Below are positions 23,958 through 37,374 of a stretch of 64,000 nucleotides of DNA, one piece after another. This DNA is from Nemertoderma westbladi (Eukaryota > Animalia > Xenacoelomorpha), in the NCBI GenBank assembly GCA_032718475.1, contig JAUCBJ010006543.1, positions 17,528 through 81,527 of the forward strand, given 5' to 3'. The translations under genes were made by a program, and so were the position numbers. The notes under the pieces were generated by a model that was not told where the DNA came from, made no database searches, and was given only the letters and a program-made list of their open reading frames with translations. Numbering within the stretch: position 1 is the first letter of the stretch; the number at the start of each line of letters is the position of its first letter.

Positions 23958-24566
23958 TGGGACAGGCACACTACACTCTAACTTACTATTCACATATCTA
24001 TTACATATCTATATCTATTATTCAGGATTATTAATATATAAAAAAATCTTCATAATACTTATGGGAAGATACTATTTAATGTGATTGTGTATATAATGGC
24101 CACGTAATGGGATCATAGTTTTGTTACGGGGAGAAATACGTTATTATTACAGAAATTCTATGTTTTTGTTAGCTCATTTGAAAGCCACACATTTCAGCAT
24201 TATAAATATGTTAATAAATCGTAATAACACTAAAGAGAAGTTACTCTTTAGAGGGACCGAATATAAAATGACATTGCGTGGCTAATTACGTGATGGCGAT
24301 ACGTAACATTTACTAAGAGTTTATGTGGATATAAAAGGTCAATAAATCATATTGATTTGTAATTTGTCATTTTCTTATGAAGTAACAACAGTTATATTAA
24401 AACGCCATCATCCAATAATTGGAAGTGGTAAATATAAACATTAATAAATTTAATATGTTTAAACTTCCAATCACTAAAAAAAAGGTGGCCTAACCCCTGG
24501 TCTGGCACCCCAGAACACCAATATACAATTACACAACAATACACAACACCAATATAGCTACATCAC

Positions 24567-24800
24567 TCAAGCCATACCTTGCCAGATTGTGCAATATAAC
24601 ATTCCATGGCCTTTATCATTAAGGTGAATGCCATCAGAGTGAAGCAAGGATCCTTCCTCTACCCGATGGCATAGATCACCTTTCATGGTGTTGATGTGGC
24701 CGCATTTGTAGAACTTCAGCCACTCTGCCATCTGCATATTTGTAGCCACACGCCTCGAATCAAAATCAGGATCCACAGATACTCTCTTTGGGTGCATTGT
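24567..24800 (-). pseudogene. SGNH/GDSL-esterase-like fragment, as found in ORF1 of some LINEs
   Basis: LLHSDGIHLNDKG matches the SGNH block V (DxxH) motif. Duplicated at 35709-35940. Confidence 0.55.
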
Positions 24801-25474
24801 TCTTGGGGGGATCTGTGTCCATAAAACCTTGGAGGCTCCATTGGAAGACTGTCAGGACTTATAATAAATAATATTACTAACTGGCGGCTGATTTGCACAC
24901 TGGCCTATCATCAACAGCATACAAGCCGAACATTTCCGACCCATGTTTACGCAAAATTGTTTACAAAATTTGAGTCAATTTCTTAGTGGAAACGCTCGTT
25001 TCTTAATGCAATGTCAGCCTTTGCCCTAGTTATAGGGGTTATTCATAACAAATGTCATTGAATATATTGGAAAAGATTCTTTGGAAAGGACTCAGGTTAA
25101 GATTTTTCTTCCGTTTTTCATTCTTCCTTCGTATCTTCTTATCGATAAATTCTCTGATGTGTTCGATAAAACCTTGGAGGCTCCATTGGAAGAGTATTCC
25201 TTAATCATTGCCTTCATTCAATCTGGTGACAACAATGCAATCTGTCTCTCACACACAGTTGCCTCCAAAACTTACAACAATCATACAAGGTTTATTCTCT
25301 CAATGTCTCATAACCTCCTCAGGATTATGGTCAGCAAAGGTCCTCTCAGATTGCGGATGGAAGTTAACTCGAGCAACTGCTGGAGGCAGGCCAAAGTTAC
25401 AATTATGTCTGCAATCATTGTGGGCAAGGTACCCGAAGATTTTATCTGGGTGAGACATGTTGGTACAGATGTTT

Positions 25475-25780
25475 TATGAGGCTGATTTAAGAGTGAATTC
25501 ATGGTCTTCCATGTTTTACAATTGTTGTTGAGAGTTTTTTGAGAATTCCAAACCATGATAGTCTTTTTCAACTTTTCGTAATAGGCACGTACATTTATGG
25601 CGATATAATTTATAAATATGGAGGTTTTCTTTTGTTGGATTTTAGACATATTATTTGGCATAGAGAACATTTTTTTATGAATGGAAAAATTAAGCCCATT
25701 AGTCAACCAATGTCTCAACCTCTCTGAAGGTCCTCCTAGATCATGGCTGAAAATTAATTCGAGCAACTGCTGGAATTTAA
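25475..25780 (-). pseudogene. L2/CR1-like ORF2 linker fragment
   Basis: WLTNGL...KK and NCKTWKTMNSLL resemble the APE-RT linker. Confidence 0.5.
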
Positions 25781-25899
25781 AAAAAATGTCACTATAGGTG
25801 TCCTATTGTGCATATTGTACACCACGAACCATATCACATTCGCTAATGGTAGGCCTATAAAATGGACGAACATCTTACAAATATAAAATTATATAAAAG

Positions 25900-27021
25900 T
25901 GTAGAGTAATATAAATAGCTAATGAATGCAGGCCTTCCACGCATCCAGTGATTCGCCCTCGCTGTTGTTGGGGCAAAACCATCTACCCAGTGCCCAGTGG
26001 TGGCAAGCATATAGTTGTGACAGTCTCCCCCTCTACATTCTTGGGGTAGAACCACTTCCTTTTAATCTGGGGCAGAACCACTTCCCTTTAATATGTGTGT
26101 GTCCCTGCACACACTTGATCATATTGCCACAGGTCTTGCATACCATTCCACTACAGGGGTTGAGGGGTCTCAGCTTGGCCAGGCACTACTCCACTACTGA
26201 TGATCAACTGGCCCCTCTTATTGACTCATTGTTCAGGATCCCACTACTCATGGGGAATATAAAACTAATAGGAATAATCAAGGATAATTTTGAGGATGAG
26301 TGGAGGATGATTTTATGATTACATTCATTTTATTTTAAATATGTTAATTTATGATATTTTATATATTTTGTGCATTCAGTAACCTTCTAGAATATCAACT
26401 CTATCATAATATTTGGCAAATAATTATACTGACATTTACAGCCATTCATTATTGAATAGTGATTAAAAAAATTAGTGAGACAAACCAAATCCAACGTTTT
26501 TTCAAAAGTATAAATTTAAAACCAGTATTCTAAATCATTACAAATGTATTACTACACCATTAAATGCATACATTACTCACATGTACCTGTTCCAAGTGGA
26601 GCAAGTATTGTAGGTTGGCCCGCTCGTACCTACACTGTAGCATCTCACTCACCTGCTGGGATATAACATGTACACTTCTATCCGACCTATGCAATGCATC
26701 TCATCCATCGGTCTTGTACATATCCTTATTAAACATAAATACAGCAGGGAATATATTCTGCACACACTGAGGCAACATTCTCAAGTACTGTACCTACCAC
26801 AACACATGGTCTACCTAGCCTACGTTTTAATGCCACACCAGTATCACACCACAAACAGGGCAGACCTTTCACACCCACTAACGCTTTCATTATTGTCTCT
26901 GGAACCCACACAAACATAGGGTATATACACAGTAGGGCTCTGGTCTAGGCAAAGCCTGCAGTGCCCAAGAGTTCACCTGGAGGTGGCGAATGCCACAGTG
27001 GCTCACCTTCCCATCTCGATG
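25900..27021 (-). pseudogene. DUF6729-like transposase fragments (middle region and C-terminal CxxC...GH...WFCP motifs)
   Basis: CKTCG...GHTHIKGKWFCP. The 26560-27021 segment is similar to 45320-45740. Duplicated at 38430-39551. Confidence 0.55.
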
Positions 27022-27109
27022 TATTAAGTATATGTAAGTAATTAATTTACTATAATAAATAATATAATAATAATAATAATTATTATTATTATATTTCACC
27101 TTTTATTAA

Positions 27110-28454
27110 CCCTCCTCTGTACACCTGGGGTCAAAAACGACCCCAGTGACCTAAATCTCAAATTTTTTCTTCAATAGTTGTATGTGGGGTTCTGAACTTG
27201 ATAGTACCTTCCTAGCACATGTAATTCTATGAAATACCATGAATATTTGTTTTGTTTATCTATTTGATATAAAAATAAACACCTCTTTTTGAGCAACACT
27301 CCCTGTGACCACCTGGGGTCAATAATGACCCCACTGATAAAATCAAATACAGGTTAGGGTTGCACCTGCTCCTTTTTTTCGAAATTGGTGTTCTAGATAG
27401 TTTTATTTTGTTACACTCCCCAAAAAATTGTTCCATGCCAAATTTTATGAAAATTGAACAATGTCTAGAGGGTCCACACTCACACAAAGCACATGGCCAA
27501 TTCCCGCCCCTTGGTGCAAGTGAGTCATATTCCCTATTTTTGTGATGATCAACTTCTAGTATTCCTACTGCATTGATAATATGCTCATTAGAACCACAAT
27601 GACCGATTTAGTTGGTGTAGACACCTTCAAAACAAGCATAGAGCCAATAGTTTTTGAGATATTGCAGAAAATGTGAAGTTCAGTACAAGTCAACATTAGC
27701 ACTTTGATGCGATATTGACAAATACACTAAAAATTATACTTCTAACTATCTCAAGGCATCCAGAATTTACACATAACTGCAATCTCAATTTAGGTGATGT
27801 TGACCAGTTGACACTCTAAAAACTTGAGTTGAGTCATTTGTTCTCAAGTTATTGTACAAAATGTCTGGACTAGGTCAACTCAATATATGGAAGGTCATTG
27901 GTGGACCTAGCCTTGACATTTTGTACAATAACTCGAGAACTAATCACTCAGCTAATATTTTTAGAGTGTCAACATCACCTAAATTGATCATTGCAGTTAT
28001 GTGTAAATTCTGGATGCCTTGAGATAATTAGAAGTATCATTTTTACTGCATTTTGTCGATATCGCATCAATATCTCAAAAAATATTCACTCTATGCTTGT
28101 TTTGATGGAGTCTACACTAACTAAATCGGTCATTGCAGTTCTAATCAGCATAATATCAATGCAGTAGGAAAACTAGAAGTTGATCATCACAAAAATTGGG
28201 AATATGACTCACTTGCGCCAAGGGCGGGAACTGGCCATGTGCTTTTAGTGTGAGTGTGGACCCTCCAGACATTGTTCAATTTTCATAAAATCTGGCATGG
28301 AACACTGTTTTGGGGTGTGTAACAAAATAAAGACATGAAGAAACTGTAGACCTACCATTTATTGGGGAAAAAATCACATTCAACTGAATGGGGTCAAAAA
28401 CGACCCCAGGTGGTAGAAGTGGCACTTTTACCACGTGTACATAGGAGGGGAGGG
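27110..28454. mobile_element. piggyBac-type foldback element (duplicate of 4237-5611)
   Basis: TTAA-CCCTCCTCTGTACAC ... GTGTACATAGGAGGG(GAGGG)-TTAA. Confidence 0.85.
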
Positions 28455-28458
28455 TTAA

Positions 28459-29400
28459 ATAAAATATTTAAAAACAAGGGAGAACATCAAGGTTTACAAA
28501 AACACTAACTGATGACAATTATACATTAAAAAGACAGACAAACCAAATATACATAGTTCAATATAATACAGTATAAACTTATATAAAATATAACCGAATA
28601 AAGTAAAAATAAAATAAGGCAAGTGAACTGATATTAATCTAAATTTCTAACAAACCGACAATATTTTAAAATATCAATATCTTTTACCCGACTTTTAAAA
28701 ACATTTATATTGGGAGAGTTAACTACTTCTACAGGTAATTCGTTCCATATATCGACTACGCGATTTGAAAATCTAAATTTACTAATTTGTAATCTGGCAT
28801 ATCGTTTAAATAATTTGAAATTATGACCTATATTGCTACTTTCACCATTTCCATAAGTAAAAAAATCATCAAAATTTAAATCAACACAGCTATTTATAAT
28901 ATTGTAAACCATTATTAAATCTGATATGACGGCGCATTTCAAGTGGTTATAACTGTAGTTACGTTAATCGACAAGGTAACTCTTGCGATCTAGTTTACAG
29001 CGAGCAAAAAGACACTGGGTAAAAAAGCGCTGTACTTGTTCAATCAAGTCAATAGTTCCAACGTTGAATGGTGACTGGTTTACAATACTCAAGTAATGGA
29101 CGCAAATAAGCCTTGTAAGCGGTTAGTAGATCGAAGTATAAAAACATCGGAAAATCATATTAACTATTTTAAATGCTTTTTTTAACTTGTTCTCTAAAAT
29201 ATAAATTAAATTTTAAATATTGTAATTCCGAGATCACTGCATGACTCATCACTTGGCAATAATTTGTTAAACAAAATATATGGATACATGGTGGTACTAC
29301 TACTTGTTGAAATAATTGAAAATTGAAACTGAACATTTATGGGCAGCAATTGTAATTTGCCACTTAGTCGCCCAGTCTTCCAACTGATTCAATGCCAAAT
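28459..29400 (-). pseudogene. CR1 3' fragment (duplicate)
   Basis: ORF 28634-28942 has the same motifs as 5843-6127. Confidence 0.85.
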
Positions 29401-29569
29401 ATTATATGTAATATTATATGTATCTGAGGCAAATCGGAGCAGAACTCAAATTCTGTTTAGCGGTGGTCCAGATGTATAACCCTTGGGCCAACATGTCTGG
29501 TTAATATGAAAATAAATTAACCCGATAAAAGCCCATAACTGAGAAAAAGGCATGTTAAAACCAGTAATT

Positions 29570-30885
29570 AAGAAAAATAAAATTAATGAATTAAATACCA
29601 ATAATATAGAAAAAAAGGCAAGTAAAAACCAGTAATAAAGTAAAAAGGCAAGTAAAAACCGGTAATAAAGTATAGCAAAGTAAAGCAAGTAAAACTGATA
29701 ATAAAGAAAAAAAAGATCAAGTGAAAACCGGTATGAAGGAAAAAAGGCAAGTAAAAACTGGAAATGAAGAAAAGAAAGGTCTTAAGTAAAAACCAGTAAT
29801 AAAGAAAAAAAGGCAAGTAAAAACCAGTAATGAAGAAAAAGGTCTTAAGTAAAAACTGGTACTAGTAATAAAGAAAAAAAAGGCAAGTAAAAACCAGTAA
29901 TAAAGTAAAAAGGCAAGTAAAAACCGGTAATAAAGTATAGCAAAGTAAAGCAAGTAAAACTGATAATAAAGAAAAAAAAGATCAAGTGAAAACCGGTATG
30001 AAGGAAAAAAGGCAAGTAAAAACCGGTAATAAAGAAAAGGCAAGTAAAAACCGGAAATGAAGAGAAGAAAGTTCTTAAGTAAAAACCGGTAATAAAGAAA
30101 AAAAGGCAAGTAAAAACCAGTAATGAAGAAAAAGGTCTTAAGTAAAAACTGGTACTAGTAATAAAGAAAAAAAAGGCAAGTAAAAACCAGTAATAAAGTA
30201 AAAAGGCAAGTAAAAACCGGTAATAAAGTATAGCAAAGTAAAGCAAGTAAAACTGATAATAAAGAAAAAAAAGATCAAGTGAAAACCGGTATGAAGGAAA
30301 AAAGGCAAGTAAAAACCGGTAATAAAGAAAAGGCAAGTAAAAACTGGAAATGAAGAAAAGAAAGGTCTTAAGTAAAAACCAGTAATAAAGAAAAAAGGCA
30401 AGTAAAAACCGGTAATGAAAAAAAAAATGCAAATAAAAACCGGAAATAAAGGAAATGGCAAGTAAAAACTGGTAATGAAGAAAAAAAGATCTTAAGTAAA
30501 AACCGGTTATGAAGAAAAAAGGCTACTAGTAATAAAGAGAAAAAAGGCTAGTAAAAACCGGTAATGAAAAAAAAAATGCAAATAAAAACCGGAAATAAAG
30601 GAAATGGCAAGTAAAAACTGGTAATGAAGAAAAAAAGATCTTAAGTAAAAACCGGTTATGAAGAAAAAAGGCTACTAGTAATAAAGAAAAAAAAGGTTAG
30701 TAAAAACCGGTAATGAAAAAAAAAATGCAAATAAAAACCGGAAATAAAGGAAATGGCAAGTAAAAACTGGTAATGAAGAAAAAAAGATCTTAAGTAAAAA
30801 CCGGTTATGAAGAAAAAAGGCAAGTAAAACTGGTAATGAAGAAAAAAGGTCTTAAGTAAAATCCGTTTATGAAGAAAAAAGGTTC
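29570..30885. repeat. A-rich minisatellite (longer duplicate of 6755-7430)
   Basis: Same unit, about twice the length, with multi-unit blocks repeated. Confidence 0.9.
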
Positions 30886-31390
30886 CAAATGCTTTTATGA
30901 CTTAAGTTGATATCTGCTCAACTAAACTGGGGCTAGATCTCCCCCCCCCCCCCCCCCCCCCCCCAGGGGGCTAAAGGGGCAAGAAAAGAGCTGAAAAAAT
31001 GGAACGATTCTGAGCAGTGGGTAAGAAATGGGTGTGGATTGGTCAGGAGTGGGCTAAATGTACCTTATATATGATTTTGGAGGTTTTGCTGTCACTTTTT
31101 GCCATTTTTCATTAAGACCAGCTTATAAAATGCGAGTGTAGTTCTTATTAGTTGTTTAGCCTGGGCTCTCAGTATAAAAAAAATTCTGCATTATGAAATA
31201 AAAAAAAGCTATATGTATATTTTTTGTCATCATATATTTGTTATTAAAAATAAAAAAAAGCTTATGTGTATATTTTTTATCATCATTTATTTGTTATTAA
31301 AAATAAAGTAAAATCGCTTATATTCTCAATTTCTCAGATATCTTATTTCTAAATTATATTTGTTATATTTAATAATTCATGTTAGTAGAT

Positions 31391-33250
31391 TCAACCCGTT
31401 ATGTGCTCCAACCAGAAAATGGGAGGGGTGCATTTCTGCGCATTGTGACGGATATGTACTAATTTGGGTAGATACAGTATACCACATATGTAAGATACGC
31501 TGGAATTGTAACTAAAACCAAAAAGTTTTCTAATAATATTATTATATCCAACGCGGAATTTACTATATGTGGAGAGTGAAAAATTACTTCTCGCCCATAG
31601 GGAGTTACAGTAGATCTGAGTGCAAAATGACCTGAAAAGTTTTATTTTGACAATTTTTGAGCAATAGCTAAATTTACGTATTAACAAGTTTCCTCTTCTA
31701 TAAAGACTTGACAGTTGGTTAAGGATATCATAATTGTTGTCAGTTGTGTTGTGGAAAGTATTGCCTAAGTACTTGTATTTACTTACAGTTTCTATTGATT
31801 TACCATTAATACTGATAACAAGGCTATTTTTATATGATTTTGGTGTATAGGTTATGAACTTAGATTTCTTAATATTAATAACGATGGAGTGCCTATCTGT
31901 GAAGTCTATGTAAGTATCAATAAGTTTTCTAAGACCAGCTATGGAATTAGAAACTAAAGACAGGACATCAGCGTACATTAAGTGATTACACCTATGTTTA
32001 TTAAGTTGACAACCTATATTAGTATTGTTAAGTTCCCTACTAAGGTCGTCTACGTAAACAGCGTACAGATAACCAGATAGAATCCCCCCTTGTTTTGTCC
32101 CGTTTGTTACCGTAAAACTTTGAGTTTTGACATAATTTTGACGTAAAGCTTTGAAAACTTAAGAGTTTGAAAACAATACCAATACCTGATAATCCTAATA
32201 TAAAAAGTAGAAATATTGCGATCAACTAATTTAGAGAATAATTTATAGTGATTAACTACGTCGAAGGCTTTATAAGAGTCTATAAAACAAATGTAAATTG
32301 GGCTGTCATTATCCAAATAGTACTGTATTATTTCTTTTAAAGTGTATATGAATAATTCTGTGCTTAACTTATTTTTGAAGGCAAATTGTGAATCGGAAGT
32401 AATTAGTTTTGCGCCAAATCGGTCAAGATATACTAATTCTAGAATTTTACTACTAATTGATACGAGATAGCAATGCCCCTATAATTGTCAAAATTTGTAT
32501 TATCATCGTTCTTATCCTTCAGAATGGGCAGGATATTGCAACGTATGAGATCGTCATTTAAGTAGCCATGTACATTACAGATTGTGAAAATGGAAGCCAA
32601 ATGCGAAAATAAACGAGCCATACCATTCGTGTAATGTTCGCTGGCCAAACCATCAGGGCCAGTTTTACCAGGGGACAATCTACAAACGGCTACAGATACT
32701 TCGGCGTCTGTTACAAGCATACCGGTATCATTATTATACACAATATGAGTAAATATTGATTCAAGCTTTTCCTTGTCAAAGTCACTGTTGACCTTATTGT
32801 AAAGGGATGAGAATTTATCCTGAAAAAGGTTGCAAAAGTCTTGCTCACCAACCGCACCACCAACTTTACTTGAAAGTGGGACGTTTGTACTGCAATGTTT
32901 CTTTACATTATTCCAGAAGTTGTTTTGATTATTGGAATACATTGACTCTGCAAGTTTATTAGCAGGAATACCCTTTTCCGTAAATTTACATTGTTTTAAA
33001 GCATGTTTGAACTCAAGTTTAAAATGTATATAATCACGAAATATTTGTCCTGCTCGGGGTCTCCCACTAGAGCGCCAAATACGAAAATATAATCTTGATT
33101 CATCGTATTTCGATTTAATGAGATCGTTCCATCCCGGCACTGTATTACTTGTGTGGGACCCAGTTGGGTTTTTATTTTTAGGAATAGTTCGTTCAGCTGC
33201 CATATTAATAATAAAGTTGAGTAGACAAAATATGACGTAATGGAATCAAT
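31391..33250 (-). pseudogene. RTE-X-like ORF2 (duplicate of 7936-9800)
   Basis: Near-identical ORF fragments. Confidence 0.8.
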
Positions 33251-33398
33251 TATCAATGATACCTAGCTACTTGGAAGATGGTGAACACCTAATTTAATTA
33301 TTATTTATTTTTACATTAGCAGATTGAGATTGAGTTCTTGAATATGAAAATATAGAATACTCACTTTTGTAGAAAGTAGAGTCAATTTTATCATTCTG

Positions 33399-33563
33399 AA
33401 TTGTGCCACTTATTACTTTTTTTTTATTTTTTTTAAACGATTTTTTGGTTTGTCGTTTTTGCTCGACCAAAAAATCAATTCTTTGGTCGACCAAAAACTA
33501 CTTTTTTGTTGATTAAAAAGTCACTTAAAAAAAGAAAAAAAAGAAGTAATAAGTGGCACAATT
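33399..33563. mobile_element. Small MITE (duplicate of 9950-10114)
   Basis: Same TIRs. Confidence 0.7.
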
Positions 33564-33671
33564 ATTCAGCCACCATTTGACATTCAAATAATTAATACTA
33601 ACTTACACAGTATCTTCTGTTTATTGTTGGCCCTTAAAAAAGGGCCGTTTTGGTTGGTAGGTCAGTTGGCC

Positions 33672-34995
33672 TTTATTTATTTATTTATTTATTATTTAAT
33701 CCGGGCTAGCATACATCCCATATCAATATTACATACTGTAGAATTAATATTATTTATGCACTTTATACGTAATTTATAGAATTACATATTTGTACCGTGG
33801 AACAGACCCCAGAGCTGGACGATTGATATAAGAGTAAATACCAAATTAATATAATATATGTACACCAATTATTTATAATAACAATAATAAATAACACTTT
33901 AGTATAATGTTCACTGGCTAGTCCATCTGGACCAATCTTGTCACGAGATAACCTACCTTACTGCAAATGCTACTTCAATGTCAGTCACAAACATATCCTT
34001 ATTGAACTCAATGTTATTAAACATAGCTTCTACTTTATCCTTTTCAGTATCACTGTTAACTTTATTATAAAGGTCCGCAAATTTTTCTTTAAAGAGATCA
34101 CATATATCGTTTTCTCCTACCACAGTACCTGGAAAGAGGTACATTAGCACCACAATGTTTTTTCACATTATTCCAGAATTCATTTTGGCTATCAGAGTAC
34201 AGTGATTCTGCAAGTTTGTCAGCACGCAAATTCTTATCTCTACGCTTACACTGTTTCAAAGCTCGTTTAAACTCAAATTTAGCATGCATGTAGTCATGGA
34301 AAATCTGTCCAGCCCTAGGGGATCCATGTGTAGGCCAAATACTCAAATACCAAAAAATAGCCTCCTCGATTCATTATATTTATGTTTAACGAGGTCGTTC
34401 CAACCAGGTACAACCCTAGACTGCTGATGGGGAACTTTTTGGAATGGTCCGGTGCGTAAGCTAGCTTTACCACACAGACAATGGCATTATAATAATTATC
34501 AATTGCATTTTTATGCAGTGTACACCTACATTGTGCATCATGACATTCACATACGTTCTTAGGAATAATAATTTTACTAAGCAGATTATTTAGCACCAAT
34601 TGATAATTAAGATTAGCAGCCATTGTTTTACTCCAGTCACATTTTTGCATGGATGAATTTATTAAAGCAACTGTCACTATTATTACTCGATCTATTATTT
34701 TTCAGCACAGGTACAATACAAATTATCCATTCCAATATCCAAATTAAATAATACTGGCATATGGTCTGAGACAGACAATTCATTGACTGTAACTGAATGC
34801 ATCAACGGTACAACACTGCCAGTGCATGCCACATGGTCCAGCCATGAACATGTATTATGAGCAGCACTCACGAATGTAAATGTTCCCACTGGAAGTAAGT
34901 TAATGTCATATAAAATCATATTCATATTTTTGCACCAATTATTGGTATAATTAAAATAACGTGAGTCCGAGCCTGCATTAAAATCTCCTATCACG
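33672..34995 (-). pseudogene. RTE-X-like fragment (duplicate of 10224-11545)
   Basis: Near-identical, truncated at the 34995 deletion junction. Confidence 0.8.
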
Positions 34996-37374
34996 TATAT
35001 ATTCGTATATTCGGTATATTCGTGGTACTTTGAGGACCGTCCTTAAAAGGACCGTGTGTGGTTCTTTGAGGAAGTCCTTAAAAGGACCGTTTTGGTTGGT
35101 GGGACAGGCACACTACACTCTAACTTACTATTCACATATCTATTACATATCTATATCTATTATTCAGGATTATTAATATATAAAAAAATCTTCATAATAC
35201 TTATGGGAAGATACTATTTAATGTGATTGTGTATATAATGGCCACGTAATGGGATCATAGTTTTGTTACGGGGAGAAATACGTTATTATTACAGAAATTC
35301 TATGTTTTTGTTAGCTCATTTGAAAGCCACACATTTCAGCATTATAAATATGTTAATAAATCGTAATAACACTAAAGAGAAGTTACTCTTTAGAGGGACC
35401 GAATATAAAATGACATTGCGTGGCTAATTACGTGATGGCGATACGTAACATTTACTAAGAGTTTATGTGGATATAAAAGGTCAATAAATCATATTGATTT
35501 GTAATTTGTCATTTTCTTATGAAGTAACAACAGTTATATTAAAACGCCATCATCCAATAATTGGAAGTGGTAAATATAAACATTAATAAATTTAATATGT
35601 TTAAACTTCCAATCACTAAAAAAAAGGTGGCCTAACCCCTGGTCTGGCACCCCAGAACACCAATATACAATTACACAACAATACACAACACCAATATAGC
35701 TACATCACTCAAGCCATACCTTGCCAGATTGTGCAATATAACATTCCATGGCCTTTATCATTAAGGTGAATGCCATCAGAGTGAAGCAAGGATCCTTCCT
35801 CTACCCGATGGCATAGATCACCTTTCATGGTGTTGATGTGGCCGCATTTGTAGAACTTCAGCCACTCTGCCATCTGCATATTTGTAGCCACACGCCTCGA
35901 ATCAAAATCAGGATCCACAGATACTCTCTTTGGGTGCATTGTTCTTGGGGGGATCTGTGTCCATAAAACCTTGGAGGCTCCATTGGAAGACTGTCAGGAC
36001 TTATAATAAATAATATTACTAACTGGCGGCTGATTTGCACACTGGCCTATCATCAACAGCATACAAGCCGAACATTTCCGACCCATGTTTACGCAAAATT
36101 GTTTACAAAATTTGAGGCAATTTCTTAGTGGAAACGCTCGTTTCTTAATGCAATGTCAGCCTTTGCCCTAGTTATAGGGGTTATTCATAACAAATGTCAT
36201 TGAATATATTGGAAAAGATTCTTTGGAAAGGACTCAGGTTAAGATTTTTCTTCCGTTTTTCATTCTTCCTTCGTATCTTCTTATCGATAAATTCTCTGAT
36301 GTGTTCGATAAAACCTTGGAGGCTCCATTGGAAGAGTATTCCTTAATCATTGCCTTCATTCAATCTGGTGACAACAATGCAATCTGTCTCTCACACACAG
36401 TTGCCTCCAAAACTTACAACAATCATACAAGGTTTATTCTCTCAATGTCTCATAACCTCCTCAGGATTATGGTCAGCAAAGGTCCTCTCAGATTGCGGAT
36501 GAAAGTTAACTCGAGCAACTGCTGGAGGCAGGCCAAAGTTACAATTATGTCTGCAATCATTGTGGGCAAGGTACCCGAAGATTTTATCTGGGTGAGACAT
36601 GTTGGGACAGATGTTTTATGAGGCTGATTTAAGAGTGAATTCATGGTCTTCCATGTTTTACAATTGTTGTTGAGAGTTTTTTGAGAATTCCAAACCATGA
36701 TAGTCTTTTTCAACTTTTCGTAATAGGCATGTACATTTATGGCGATATAATTTATAAATATGGAGGTTTTCTTTTGTTGGATTTTAGACATATTATTTGG
36801 CATAGAGAACATTTTTTTATGAATGGAAAAATTAAGCCCATTAGTCAACCAATGTCTCAACCTCTCTGAAGGTCCTCCTAGATCATGGCTGAAAATTAAC
36901 TCGAGCAACTGCTGGAATTTAAAAAAAATGTCACTATAGGTGTCCTATTGTGAAATTTTTTTAAAATTCTTTATTACCATCGTACATCATACTGTGTACT
37001 TCCCCAACTTATGCTACATGTAGGCTACGCCCCTACTGTATACATACAGTATGTTAATACACATAGTCAAATGTCTAAATTTACATTATTGATTCGACCA
37101 GCACGAGATGATATTTGTTTTAAGTTCCCCCCACTTTATCCTCACCTTCTGTGTTGTCACGTGCTACTAGTGGTATAGGGCTCTAAAGGAAAATAATAAA
37201 TACATAATACAATAACATGATTAACAACAAACATAACATACATAACAATAATCTGTCATGTGGTCTGTCATGTCATAATGATAATTTGGTCTTAAAAACA
37301 TGCCTCTAGTACTTACTATTAGCAATGTGCAATGTAGGTAATAAAAAGTGTACTTTATAGCAGCTATATATGAT

